DNA of 35,955 bases from Patescibacteria group bacterium. Lineage in GTDB: Bacteria; Patescibacteriota; Minisyncoccia; Phycocordibacterales; UBA9973. Below, piece after piece: positions 1 through 8,368 of this stretch. Under the pieces are notes generated by a model that saw only the letters and a program-made list of their open reading frames with translations, ran no database searches and was not told where the DNA came from. The position numbers and the translations under genes are program-made. The first letter of the stretch is position 1. Each line of letters starts with the position of its first letter. Location: assembly GCA_038078255.1 (NCBI GenBank), contig JBBUEH010000023.1, positions 1 to 35,955 of the forward strand, given 5' to 3'.

Positions 1-2
1 TG

Positions 3-992
3 CCCCAGGATGGCAGATTTAAAAAAGAAGACAATGGAGAGAAAATTTCTTTTCGTGTTTCTATTTTGCCAACCTTTTTTGGAGAAAAGACTGTGATTAG
101 ACTTCTGAAAGAAAATGCCCATGGTTTTACTCTCGAGTCGCTTGGTTTTCATGGTGAAGCCCTAGAGCGGATTCATGATTCACTAAAACAAAGAATCGGC
201 ATGGTGCTGGCTACCGGGCCGACTGGGTCTGGGAAGACAACAACACTTTATACGATGCTAGAGATTCTAAATAAGCCGGAGGTAAATATTTCTACAGTTG
301 AAGATCCGATCGAATACCAAATGCCTCGAGTGAACCAGACGCAAGTTAAACCAGAAATAGGGCTGACTTTTGCCAATGGACTCCGAGCTCTCCTGCGACA
401 AGATCCAGATATTGTGATGGTGGGAGAAATTCGCGACCGAGAAACAGCGGGGTTGGCTATTAACGCATCGCTTACTGGCCACTTGGTTCTATCAACCATT
501 CATACTAATTCGGCGGCGGGCGCTATTCCTAGAATGATTGACATGGGAGTCGAGCCATTCCTTATAACTGCAACAGTAAAAACAATCATTGCCCAGAGAT
601 TAGTTCGTAAACTTGTTCCAAGTAAAAAAAAGTATTTTCTATCGGAAGCAGAGAGGAAGAATTTAGCAAAAATTATTGATCTCGACCGGATGCTGGAGTT
701 GCTCAAAGTTGAGAAAATAATTGGTCCGAAGGATACATGGGAGAAAGTTCCATTTTATAAAGCAGTTAAGACGAATGAATTTGAAGATGGGTATTCGAAT
801 CGTATAGGAATGCACGAAGTATTAAAGGTAACTCCCACTATTAGAGAAATGATAATCAAAGGAGCTTCGCAAGATGACATAGAGATACAGGCCAAGAAAG
901 AGGGAATGATGACGATGCTCGAAGATGGAGTTTTTCAAGCGGTGTTGGGTGTAACCTCGCTCGAGGAAGTGTTTAGAGTTGTTTCGGAGTGA
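3..992 (+). CDS. pilB: Type IV pilus/T2SS assembly ATPase PilB/GspE, 5'-truncated by the window edge
   Basis: Frame is open from base 3 (PQDGRF...FRVSILPT). Walker A GPTGSGKTT, Asp box TVEDPIEY, LRQDPDIVMVGEIRD, His box TGHLVLSTIH. Followed by pilC. Confidence 0.93.
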   Translation, partial: PQDGRFKKEDNGEKISFRVSILPTFFGEKTVIRLLKENAHGFTLESLGFHGEALERIHDSLKQRIGMVLATGPTGSGKTTTLYTMLEILNKPEVNISTVEDPIEYQMPRVNQTQVKPEIGLTFANGLRALLRQDPDIVMVGEIRDRETAGLAINASLTGHLVLSTIHTNSAAGAIPRMIDMGVEPFLITATVKTIIAQRLVRKLVPSKKKYFLSEAERKNLAKIIDLDRMLELLKVEKIIGPKDTWEKVPFYKAVKTNEFEDGYSNRIGMHEVLKVTPTIREMIIKGASQDDIEIQAKKEGMMTMLEDGVFQAVLGVTSLEEVFRVVSE

Positions 993-1003
993 AATGTGTT
1001 ATG

Positions 1004-1120
1004 TAACTTTTTAAAATATCAACTTTTCTTCGGTACGGATTTTTTGAAGCTTAAAAAATCCTGAAGTTCTCGGCTCGTCAGCCTCGAAACCCCTACGAAA
1101 AGTTATATTTTAAAAAGTTA
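1004..1120. repeat. Palindromic mini-element family A, copy 1: 64-bp core (1031-1094) inside ~24-bp inverted arms
   Basis: Arms taactttttaaaatat(c)aacttttc / gaaaagttatattttaaaaagtta. Core cggtacggattttttgaagcttaaaaaatcctgaagttctcggctcgtcagcctcgaaacccct matches 12064-12127 at 63/64. Confidence 0.9.
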
Positions 1121-1136
1121 TTAATTAGAATTAGCC

Positions 1137-2354
1137 ATGTTATTTTCTTACAAAGCAAAATCAAAGACAGGAGAAATCATAGAAGGTGTATTGGATGCTT
1201 CGGATCGTATTACTATGGCTCATGAACTTAGGCTCCGTGGACAGACCCCTATTTCTGTATCAGAAAAAGGAGAAAATTTGTCTGATCAAATATCCAAGAT
1301 TTTAAATATTTTCTCCGGAGTAAAAGTTGCCGAACAAATTATTTTTACTAAAAACTTAAGTGGAATGTTAAAAGCAGGGCTTTCGCTTGCTCGAGCGTTG
1401 TCGGTGCTGGAAAAACAGACTAAAAACCAAACTCTTTTAAAAATTTTACAATCTCTCTCTTCCGATATTAATTCTGGCGAGACTTTTTCTTCTGGACTAG
1501 CGAAATTTTCCGAAGTGTTTTCAAAACTTTTTGTTTCTATGACAAAGGCCGGCGAAGAGTCGGGCAATCTATCTGGCGCCCTCTCCGACATCGGAGTGAA
1601 TTTAGAAAAGTCGCACTCTTTGACAAAAAAGATACATGGAGCATTGATTTATCCTGGTGTGATACTCTCGGCAATGGTTGTCATTGGAGTTTTAATGTTT
1701 GCTTTTGTGGTGCCAACGCTGGCGAACACCTTTAAAGAATTGGGCGTTACTCTACCCCTATCGACTCGTATTATTGTTTGGTTTGGGAACTTTTTCTCAA
1801 ACAATTTAATTTTTACTTTTGTTATTTTGATAATTATCGCTTTTGGACTCTTTTCTCTTTTCCGCGCAAAATTTATGGCGAAGTATATTGATTACGCTTT
1901 AATCAAAATTCCAGTTTTAAAGAACATGACTAAAGAACTAAACACTGCTCGCACTGCTCGCACCATATCATCTCTCCTGGTTTCGGGTGTTTCCATTGTT
2001 CGAGCAATTGAGATAACCGAAGACGTTGTGCAAAATACTTTGTTTAAAAAAGTTTTGAATGAAGCTCGGGGGGCGATCGAACGGGGAAGTCCATTTTTCG
2101 AAATTTTTAGAAATCATTCCGATCTCTACCCCGTGATGATGTCTGAAATGGTTCAAGTTGGCGAAGAAACAGGAAAATTATCGGACATGTTACTGCAGGT
2201 TGCGCTTTTTTATGAAGATGAAATTGAAAATAAAACAAAAAATCTTTCCACTATCATCGAGCCCGTGCTAATGATTGTCATCGGCGCCGGGGTTGGATTT
2301 TTCGCTATTTCCATGATTTCACCTCTTTATTCGGTGTTGGATAATATTAAATAA
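1137..2354 (+). CDS. pilC: Type IV pilus inner-membrane platform protein PilC/GspF
   Basis: Two GspF-type repeats (LSGMLKAGLSL...AGEESGNL; LLVSGVSI...VGEETGKL), hydrophobic segments, downstream of pilB. Confidence 0.93.
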   Translation: MLFSYKAKSKTGEIIEGVLDASDRITMAHELRLRGQTPISVSEKGENLSDQISKILNIFSGVKVAEQIIFTKNLSGMLKAGLSLARALSVLEKQTKNQTLLKILQSLSSDINSGETFSSGLAKFSEVFSKLFVSMTKAGEESGNLSGALSDIGVNLEKSHSLTKKIHGALIYPGVILSAMVVIGVLMFAFVVPTLANTFKELGVTLPLSTRIIVWFGNFFSNNLIFTFVILIIIAFGLFSLFRAKFMAKYIDYALIKIPVLKNMTKELNTARTARTISSLLVSGVSIVRAIEITEDVVQNTLFKKVLNEARGAIERGSPFFEIFRNHSDLYPVMMSEMVQVGEETGKLSDMLLQVALFYEDEIENKTKNLSTIIEPVLMIVIGAGVGFFAISMISPLYSVLDNIK

Positions 2355-2359
2355 CCTTT

Positions 2360-3823
2360 TTAATTTTTTACTTCCTGCCATGAAAGTATTTGATACTGAC
2401 TCGAAGTAAGAGGAAAGTTTGGTGGTGGAGCATAAAGCAAATTCGCATCATAGGTTATACTGCGAGTAGCATAGCCGCTTGAGTAAACCCCCTGACTATT
2501 TGTCCACGTGAAACCATATCTTTTATAAGATGCAATCATTCCGTAAAGTGTGACAATTGAACGTTTTTTTTCAGCACAAGTTCCTCCATAAGAAAATCTT
2601 CCCACTTTCTCATTTTGAGCTATAAGTGCTCCATCTATTTTTAAATCATCTTCACTAAAGAGTCCAACCATTACTCCAGCTTGTCCGATGAGACCCAAAG
2701 AATCCGTACCATTATAAAGAGTGTATAGAAGGTCATTATTTATTATAATATTTTTATAACCAGCAGGTGCAGGTACAGGCAAATCAGCTGCTGTTATAGT
2801 CAGCCGCGCTCCATTTATTTGTCCATTGATTACCACATGGTCTTCAATGAATATTATTCCATTCCCCGGAAACGCATAGTTTCCCTGTAGGGTTTGTGCG
2901 TTGATGCTCCAGCTTGGACTTCCGGTGCAACTTCCCAAAGTTGTCCATGAATTTATTTTATATAAGTCAAAAGTATCGTCTGTTTTTAAAACTATATGAT
3001 AACCAACAAAACCAACTCCAGATACATCTCTATAAAATCCACTCGATATTGCATCCGCTTTTAGGATGGCTAAATCAGTTGTGAAGCCAGAGAAATCAAT
3101 TAACGGCTGGCTTATTAGGCGTCCAGCTTCAAAAACATCTGGACGGGCAGGGAATGCTGTGGGAGACGTCGGATCAGCAGGAGACAGACAAGTGTGCACA
3201 CCCCAAGAATTAGTGGTAGTGCAAGCATCAGAATCTGCGTCTGTATAAGTTGTTGCTCCGCTCGTAACAATATTGTGCGCTAGACCGTCAAAACGAATTC
3301 CTCCATTGACGTGTACTGGTCCGAAAATTTCTGTGCCTGCGCCAAAACGAAATGCATTATTTCCCGCTACTGAGTATTTTGCGATAGAAGGTTTGGCTAC
3401 TTGGCTTTCTATCTTTCTTATATACGATGGATCAAGTGATGAAGATCCGGTAGATTTTATTTTTACCAGAGTGGAGCCCAAGATTGGAGCTGTGATGTCA
3501 AGAGAAAATTGTCCAACAGTATTGCCGCTTCTATCTTTGACAGCGTGTACATATGGTCCCGCCACTCCTGTACCGTCTTGGTAATCACTTGGAGCATGCG
3601 CTAGATGCCAGCGATAATAATCTATCCCAGCTTCCGCTGCCTGAAAGGCTTGTTCTCGATTAAAAGCTATGCGACCTGCTTTTATACTTATTGCTGCCCA
3701 AGAGGAAAGAGCGCCAATAAGCATGATGACAATTGTGGCAAATACCATAATTTGTACTATGATCATGCCAGCTAGCTGACAATTACTAACTGATTTTTTG
3801 GATTTTATAAATTTGTAAATCAT
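2360..3823 (-). CDS. PilX-like minor pilin / pilus-associated protein
   Basis: Basic leader then G|MIIVQIMVF hydrophobic helix without Glu+5, followed by REQAFQAAEAGI (PilX N-terminal type). Last of three co-oriented pilin-like genes. Confidence 0.7.
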   Translation of the reverse strand: MIYKFIKSKKSVSNCQLAGMIIVQIMVFATIVIMLIGALSSWAAISIKAGRIAFNREQAFQAAEAGIDYYRWHLAHAPSDYQDGTGVAGPYVHAVKDRSGNTVGQFSLDITAPILGSTLVKIKSTGSSSLDPSYIRKIESQVAKPSIAKYSVAGNNAFRFGAGTEIFGPVHVNGGIRFDGLAHNIVTSGATTYTDADSDACTTTNSWGVHTCLSPADPTSPTAFPARPDVFEAGRLISQPLIDFSGFTTDLAILKADAISSGFYRDVSGVGFVGYHIVLKTDDTFDLYKINSWTTLGSCTGSPSWSINAQTLQGNYAFPGNGIIFIEDHVVINGQINGARLTITAADLPVPAPAGYKNIIINNDLLYTLYNGTDSLGLIGQAGVMVGLFSEDDLKIDGALIAQNEKVGRFSYGGTCAEKKRSIVTLYGMIASYKRYGFTWTNSQGVYSSGYATRSITYDANLLYAPPPNFPLTSSQYQILSWQEVKN

Positions 3824-4431
3824 AAATTGTCTTTTAGATTCCTTATTGATACCTGTGTAGAAAATGTAGCTGGGGCTGGAGCGCGGTTCGGATCCTTGTC
3901 CATAATTAAAGTTATTTTTACTAAACGCACAGAAGAGATATTTACCGGAGAAGAAAGTTCTGCAGTCGTTCCGTCATAATTTTTATCGTAGTAGCTGAAA
4001 ATAGAAACGTTTGTCACATTCGACATAAGAGTAGAAATTTTTTCGTTAAGAGGATTGTAAGAAAGTGGACTGCCTGTCGGCTTGATGACCCCTTTTTGTA
4101 GCTGTGATCCGTTCAGAAAATATCTTATTTTTTCTTTTTGCGCATCGTTGTCTATATTTGAGTAGAAAGTGAAGGATGATGCCGTCGCCTGGTTTATCAT
4201 GTACGCCCCGGTATCGGCGGTGGAGGCTGTGCGTATTTCCGAGACCATATTTTTTAAAACCAGTCTGCCAGCATCAGTACTGTCGAGCCCCTCCGAGATG
4301 AAAGTGTTGTAGATCCAAACATTTTTGGAAAAGAGGGTAAGGACCACGACTATTAAAATAAAAATAGCTACGCCAAAGAGTGTTTCCACCAAAGTAAATC
4401 CACTTTTATTTTTTAAAAAGTTTTTTATCAT
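3820..4431 (-). CDS. Minor pilin with class III (prepilin) signal, PilW/GspJ-like
   Basis: KNKSG|FTLVETL N-methylation motif then hydrophobic helix. Confidence 0.8.
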   Translation of the reverse strand: MIKNFLKNKSGFTLVETLFGVAIFILIVVVLTLFSKNVWIYNTFISEGLDSTDAGRLVLKNMVSEIRTASTADTGAYMINQATASSFTFYSNIDNDAQKEKIRYFLNGSQLQKGVIKPTGSPLSYNPLNEKISTLMSNVTNVSIFSYYDKNYDGTTAELSSPVNISSVRLVKITLIMDKDPNRAPAPATFSTQVSIRNLKDNL

Positions 4432-5757
4432 TTATGGGGATAGAGTTATGGTCTGGTTTTGCCAAGAAGGAGACATGTCAATAGAACTAACAGATGTTTG
4501 ATATCCAGTCTTAGAAACAGTGAGTGTGTATGCGCCAACAGGAAGTCCATTCCAGAAAACCTGACCCGGTGTCGGACAGGGGAGAGAATTCGTAGTTTTG
4601 GTTTCATCAAATCCAATTTTTTCTAAACGGACAGTAGCTCCATCGATAGCTATGTTTAAAGAATCTTTTACAGAAACCAAAATGGCTCTATTCACATGGG
4701 GGACAGCTACCATTTGCAGAGTTTTATTTTCATTTGGATTTATTACAAAAGTTGGCAGAGGAGTGGTGCCAGCTAGATCGTATAAAAGAGATGTGAGCAA
4801 AGCCCCATAAGTGTCCCATTCTAGATTTGTGAGCGCGTAAGATCCAGTTGCGTCTGTGGTGAAATTTTGCGTTCCGTATTTTGAAATCGCGGGCGCGCCA
4901 ATTAATTTTGTCCCAGTCAGGGAAAAACCAATGTTTGGAAGCGCTAGACAAGAAGAATCTACTGTGCTTACATTAAGTAAACTTATTTTGTCTATGGATA
5001 AACTAGTTTGAGTAACTTGTTGCAAGACGACAGTGCTATCCGGTTTTAATGGGTTCGCTCCAGCGCTTCCGCCTATCGGATATGTTTGGTCTTGGGAAAA
5101 TCCTGATTTTGTGGCGATAATATTGTAAGCATTTGTTCCGGGTGGCGCATCCACTATCTTTACCCATCCAATATTGTCAGTTACTTCGTCTATAATTGTA
5201 TCCGGGGTTGTTTGAGTGTTTACTATGTGAACTGAGGCATTAGGAATAAGGATGCCATCTGCGTCAAAAACTTGAACAAAAAGGGCTCCATTTGTGGATG
5301 CAGTTTCGAGCGCGCGGGGGGCTACTAAAGTGGTGAATTTAAGCGGAGAAAATACTTTGCAATTTGAACATGTTATATCTAAGTCTGCCAATTTGTAATC
5401 TGCCGGCGATGTGTCATTGGGATTTCCTCCAATTATGCCATCAAAAGGATCGTCCATACTTCTTATCGTTGTTTGCACAGTAAAAGAATAATTATCTCGC
5501 AGTATTGTTTCTGTTCTTTGAATTTTACCCACTGGAAGCCCTCCCAGGATGCCAACATCACCATAGGCGAGATTGCGCATAATCTCAAATTTTTCATTAG
5601 CTAATGCTGTGGCTGCTAATTTCGCTTGTGAAGATGCGACAGCATCCATCAACAGTCCGAAGGCTTTGTATGCGGACAACGCTACTAATAAAAAAATTGC
5701 ACTACCAACCAAGGTCTCGATCAATGTGAATCCATTTCTTTTAGTATGAGAATTCAT
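4432..5757 (-). CDS. Minor pilin with prepilin signal and C-terminal beta-sandwich (carboxypeptidase-regulatory-like) repeats
   Basis: KRNG|FTLIETL motif. Repeated V.D..G..I..A.V and Y.....K.G[FY] segments. Confidence 0.75.
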   Translation of the reverse strand: MNSHTKRNGFTLIETLVGSAIFLLVALSAYKAFGLLMDAVASSQAKLAATALANEKFEIMRNLAYGDVGILGGLPVGKIQRTETILRDNYSFTVQTTIRSMDDPFDGIIGGNPNDTSPADYKLADLDITCSNCKVFSPLKFTTLVAPRALETASTNGALFVQVFDADGILIPNASVHIVNTQTTPDTIIDEVTDNIGWVKIVDAPPGTNAYNIIATKSGFSQDQTYPIGGSAGANPLKPDSTVVLQQVTQTSLSIDKISLLNVSTVDSSCLALPNIGFSLTGTKLIGAPAISKYGTQNFTTDATGSYALTNLEWDTYGALLTSLLYDLAGTTPLPTFVINPNENKTLQMVAVPHVNRAILVSVKDSLNIAIDGATVRLEKIGFDETKTTNSLPCPTPGQVFWNGLPVGAYTLTVSKTGYQTSVSSIDMSPSWQNQTITLSP

Positions 5758-5778
5758 TATCTATATTTTAACTCATTA

Positions 5779-5787
5779 TGATATAAT
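5779..5787 (+). promoter_or_regulatory. Extended -10 promoter of tpiA, probably leaderless
   Basis: TGaTATAAT ending 7 nt before ATG 5795; no Shine-Dalgarno. Confidence 0.6.
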
Positions 5788-5794
5788 TTGCTAC

Positions 5795-6565
5795 ATGGCA
5801 AGAAAGAAAATAATAATAGGTAATTGGAAGATGAATCCGGGGACGATGAAAGATGCAGAACAATTATTTAAAAAAATAGTGAAGTCAGTAAATCGCACAA
5901 AAAAAACCGAAATAATAATTTGCGCGCCTTTTATTTACTTAGATGAATTAAATAAAATTCAAACAAGCAAGGTAAAGCTTGGTGCGCAAGATGCTTTCTG
6001 GGACGAGGCGGGACCTTATACTGGAGAGATTTCTTCTGACATGCTTTACAACCTTGGCGTCAGATATGTGATTTTGGGTCATTCAGAAAGGCGTTCTCTG
6101 GGCGAAACGAATACCTTGGTGAATAAAAAAATAAAAGGAGCCTTGGCTTCCGGACTGGTGCCGATACTTTGTGTGGGAGAGAATACCAGAGATGCCAGTC
6201 ATGCTTATTTTAATATGGTGAAAGAGCAAGTGGTGGAATGTCTCCAGGGAATTTCTAAAAATTCAATTTCCAAAGTGATCATTGCCTACGAGCCGGTGTG
6301 GGCACTTTCTAGTACTCTTCCTCGTAAAGATGCTACGGCGCTCGATGCGCAAGAGATGGCTATTTTTATTCGTAAAATACTGTCAGATAAATTTGGTTCT
6401 GAGGCAGGCAGAATTAGAATAATTTACGGTGGTTCTGCCAATGAAAAAGATGCGGGAGATTTTTTAAAAAATGGAGGGATCGATGGATTGTTGCCCGGTC
6501 GGGCCAGCCTGGACGCCTTAAAATTTGTCGAAATTATTAATATTGCAGAAAATTTTACAGAGTAA
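5795..6565 (+). CDS. tpiA: Triosephosphate isomerase
   Basis: GNWKMN, GHSERR, AYEPVWA, YGGS motifs. Confidence 0.96.
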   Translation: MARKKIIIGNWKMNPGTMKDAEQLFKKIVKSVNRTKKTEIIICAPFIYLDELNKIQTSKVKLGAQDAFWDEAGPYTGEISSDMLYNLGVRYVILGHSERRSLGETNTLVNKKIKGALASGLVPILCVGENTRDASHAYFNMVKEQVVECLQGISKNSISKVIIAYEPVWALSSTLPRKDATALDAQEMAIFIRKILSDKFGSEAGRIRIIYGGSANEKDAGDFLKNGGIDGLLPGRASLDALKFVEIINIAENFTE

Positions 6566-6631
6566 GGTTTTCTCGGGTCCTCGGAAAAAATCCCCAGACC
6601 AGCTCGAAAACCTTACTCTGTAAAATTTTCT
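6547..6631. repeat. Palindromic mini-element family A', overlapping the tpiA stop
   Basis: Perfect 26-bp inverted repeat (6547-6572 / 6606-6631) around tc-g-ggtc-ctcgg...cca-gacc-agc-tc. Same core grammar as the in-frame insert at 21226-21303. Confidence 0.9.
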
Positions 6632-6642
6632 AAAAAATATAT

Positions 6643-7875
6643 ATGAAACTTAAAACGCTCGACAGTCTAGACATAAACGGCAAAACTATTCTTTACCGCG
6701 CTCCTTATGATATTGAACTTCAAGAAGTGAATGGGATTTTTGAACTTTCAGACGATTCTCGCATTGCAGCGACTCTTCCCACTCTGCAATATCTTTTGAA
6801 ACAAAATTGTAAAATAGTTATTCTGACCTATGTTGGACGACCGGATGGGGCGGTGGTCGAAGGGCTTCGAACCACTCCTCATGCAAAAAGATTAAGCGCA
6901 CTTTTAAATCATCCAGTTTTGAAAGTAGACGACTGTATCGGCAAAGAAGTTGATTTGGAGGTGGCGCACATGAAGCCCGGAGACATTATTATGTTGGAGA
7001 ATGTTCGCTTTCATAGCGAGGAAACGATTGATGATAATGAATTTGCTAAAAAACTTTGCGTCGGGAAAGATCTGGTCGTCTTCGACGCTTTTCCTCAAGC
7101 CCATCGAATCCATGCTTCCACCACTGGGATTCAAAGAATTTTGCCTACGGTGGCTGGTCGTTATCTAGAGCATGAGGTTAAAATGTTGTCTCTTTTATTA
7201 GAAAAGCCCCAACATCCCTTCACCGTCATTGTGGGCGGGGCAAAAATTTCTGACAAAGTAGATGCCATTCGTAATCTGCTTAATGTCGCTGACACTTTTT
7301 TAGTCGGGGGCGCTGTCGCTAATATTTTCTTGAAAGCGCAGGGGAGAATTATTGGAAGTTCTTTTATTGAAGATGTTTTTGTCGATAAAATGAAGCGAGA
7401 GAAAAAAGATTGGATCCAAGACGCTGGAGAAATATTAAAACAAGCGGAGACTTTAGGTAAAAAGATCATCACTCCCGTGGATCTGGTTATTTCCGATGGG
7501 GTGACAGTGAAAACCATTGATATTACCACAGAGGAAATTCCAATGGGGTGGATGGCGTTTGATATTGGGCGAAAGACTCTGGAAGAATTTTCTTTGGTCA
7601 TCAGTCAGTCGAAGACTGTTTTCATGAATGGGCCCATGGGTAAATTTGAAAACGAAAGATTCTCTTTTGGTTCTCAAGTGATCATTAACGCAATGAAAAA
7701 TCTGAAAGCAAATTTCTTGGGTGAAACAATCGTCGCTGGAGGAGAGACTATTGATGTGGTACGCAAGTATGGAAGCCTGGATGATTATTCCCATGTCAGC
7801 CTAGCCGGTGGCGCGACTTTAGAATTCTTAGCTGGCCGTGAACTCCCAGCACTTACGCCACTTCTACTGAAATAG
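6643..7875 (+). CDS. pgk: Phosphoglycerate kinase with divergent substrate-binding motifs
   Basis: LLENVRF-like MLENVRF, AHR.HAS, GGAKISDK, NGPMGKFE, HVSLAGGATLEFL. Adjacent to tpiA. Confidence 0.92.
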   Translation: MKLKTLDSLDINGKTILYRAPYDIELQEVNGIFELSDDSRIAATLPTLQYLLKQNCKIVILTYVGRPDGAVVEGLRTTPHAKRLSALLNHPVLKVDDCIGKEVDLEVAHMKPGDIIMLENVRFHSEETIDDNEFAKKLCVGKDLVVFDAFPQAHRIHASTTGIQRILPTVAGRYLEHEVKMLSLLLEKPQHPFTVIVGGAKISDKVDAIRNLLNVADTFLVGGAVANIFLKAQGRIIGSSFIEDVFVDKMKREKKDWIQDAGEILKQAETLGKKIITPVDLVISDGVTVKTIDITTEEIPMGWMAFDIGRKTLEEFSLVISQSKTVFMNGPMGKFENERFSFGSQVIINAMKNLKANFLGETIVAGGETIDVVRKYGSLDDYSHVSLAGGATLEFLAGRELPALTPLLLK

Positions 7876-7876
7876 T

Positions 7877-8332
7877 TTATTTAGATTTTATTTTTTCGGC
7901 TGTTCTTTTAAGTTTCTCGTCGCTTTCTCTTTTGTAATCGTGAGACGAAATATAGCCCTCATATTTTTTAAAGTATTTTCTGATATTAGAATTTCTCGGC
8001 TTCCACTTTTTATCTTTAGTTCCATGCATGGGGAAAAGCTTTGCATGCACATGATCTACGCCGAAACCTTCGAAAATCATCCCCGTCCTTCCGACATCTT
8101 CGAGTTTTGCATCTAAGAGCCTTCCCACTTTTTTAGAAGCAATAATTAATTTTTTTAGAACATTATCTGGTAAATTGAAAGCATAGCTCGGATAATGTTT
8201 CTTGGTTATGACCACGCTGAATCCTTCAGTGTTTGGATAGGGTGTCAGAAAAGCTAAATGCTCTTTGTCTTCCCATGTTTTATAACATGGAGCCCCTCCT
8301 TTCACTATTTTGCAAAAAATACAATCGTCCAT
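7877..8332 (-). CDS. HIT-family nucleotide hydrolase (HxHxK variant)
   Basis: DCIFCKIV N-terminus; HIT-like motif DHVHAKLFP. Confidence 0.85.
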   Translation of the reverse strand: MDDCIFCKIVKGGAPCYKTWEDKEHLAFLTPYPNTEGFSVVITKKHYPSYAFNLPDNVLKKLIIASKKVGRLLDAKLEDVGRTGMIFEGFGVDHVHAKLFPMHGTKDKKWKPRNSNIRKYFKKYEGYISSHDYKRESDEKLKRTAEKIKSK

Positions 8333-8368
8333 AAGTATATTATAGCAAATTGTGTTAAAATTTCACTT

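Noticed and set aside
1004-1120. Integron attC site (taac...gtta ends, long imperfect hairpin)
   Set aside because: Ends do not fit RYYYAAC/GTTRRRY, the other copies lack them, flanking genes are core genes, and no integrase is present.
3766-3781. Near-palindrome tgccagctagctgaca in the PilX-like leader
   Set aside because: Short, single, and matches no other family here; could be chance.
8258-8368. N-terminal extension of RecJ in the ORF track
   Set aside because: Overlaps the divergent HIT gene and both promoters; ATG 8369 fits better.
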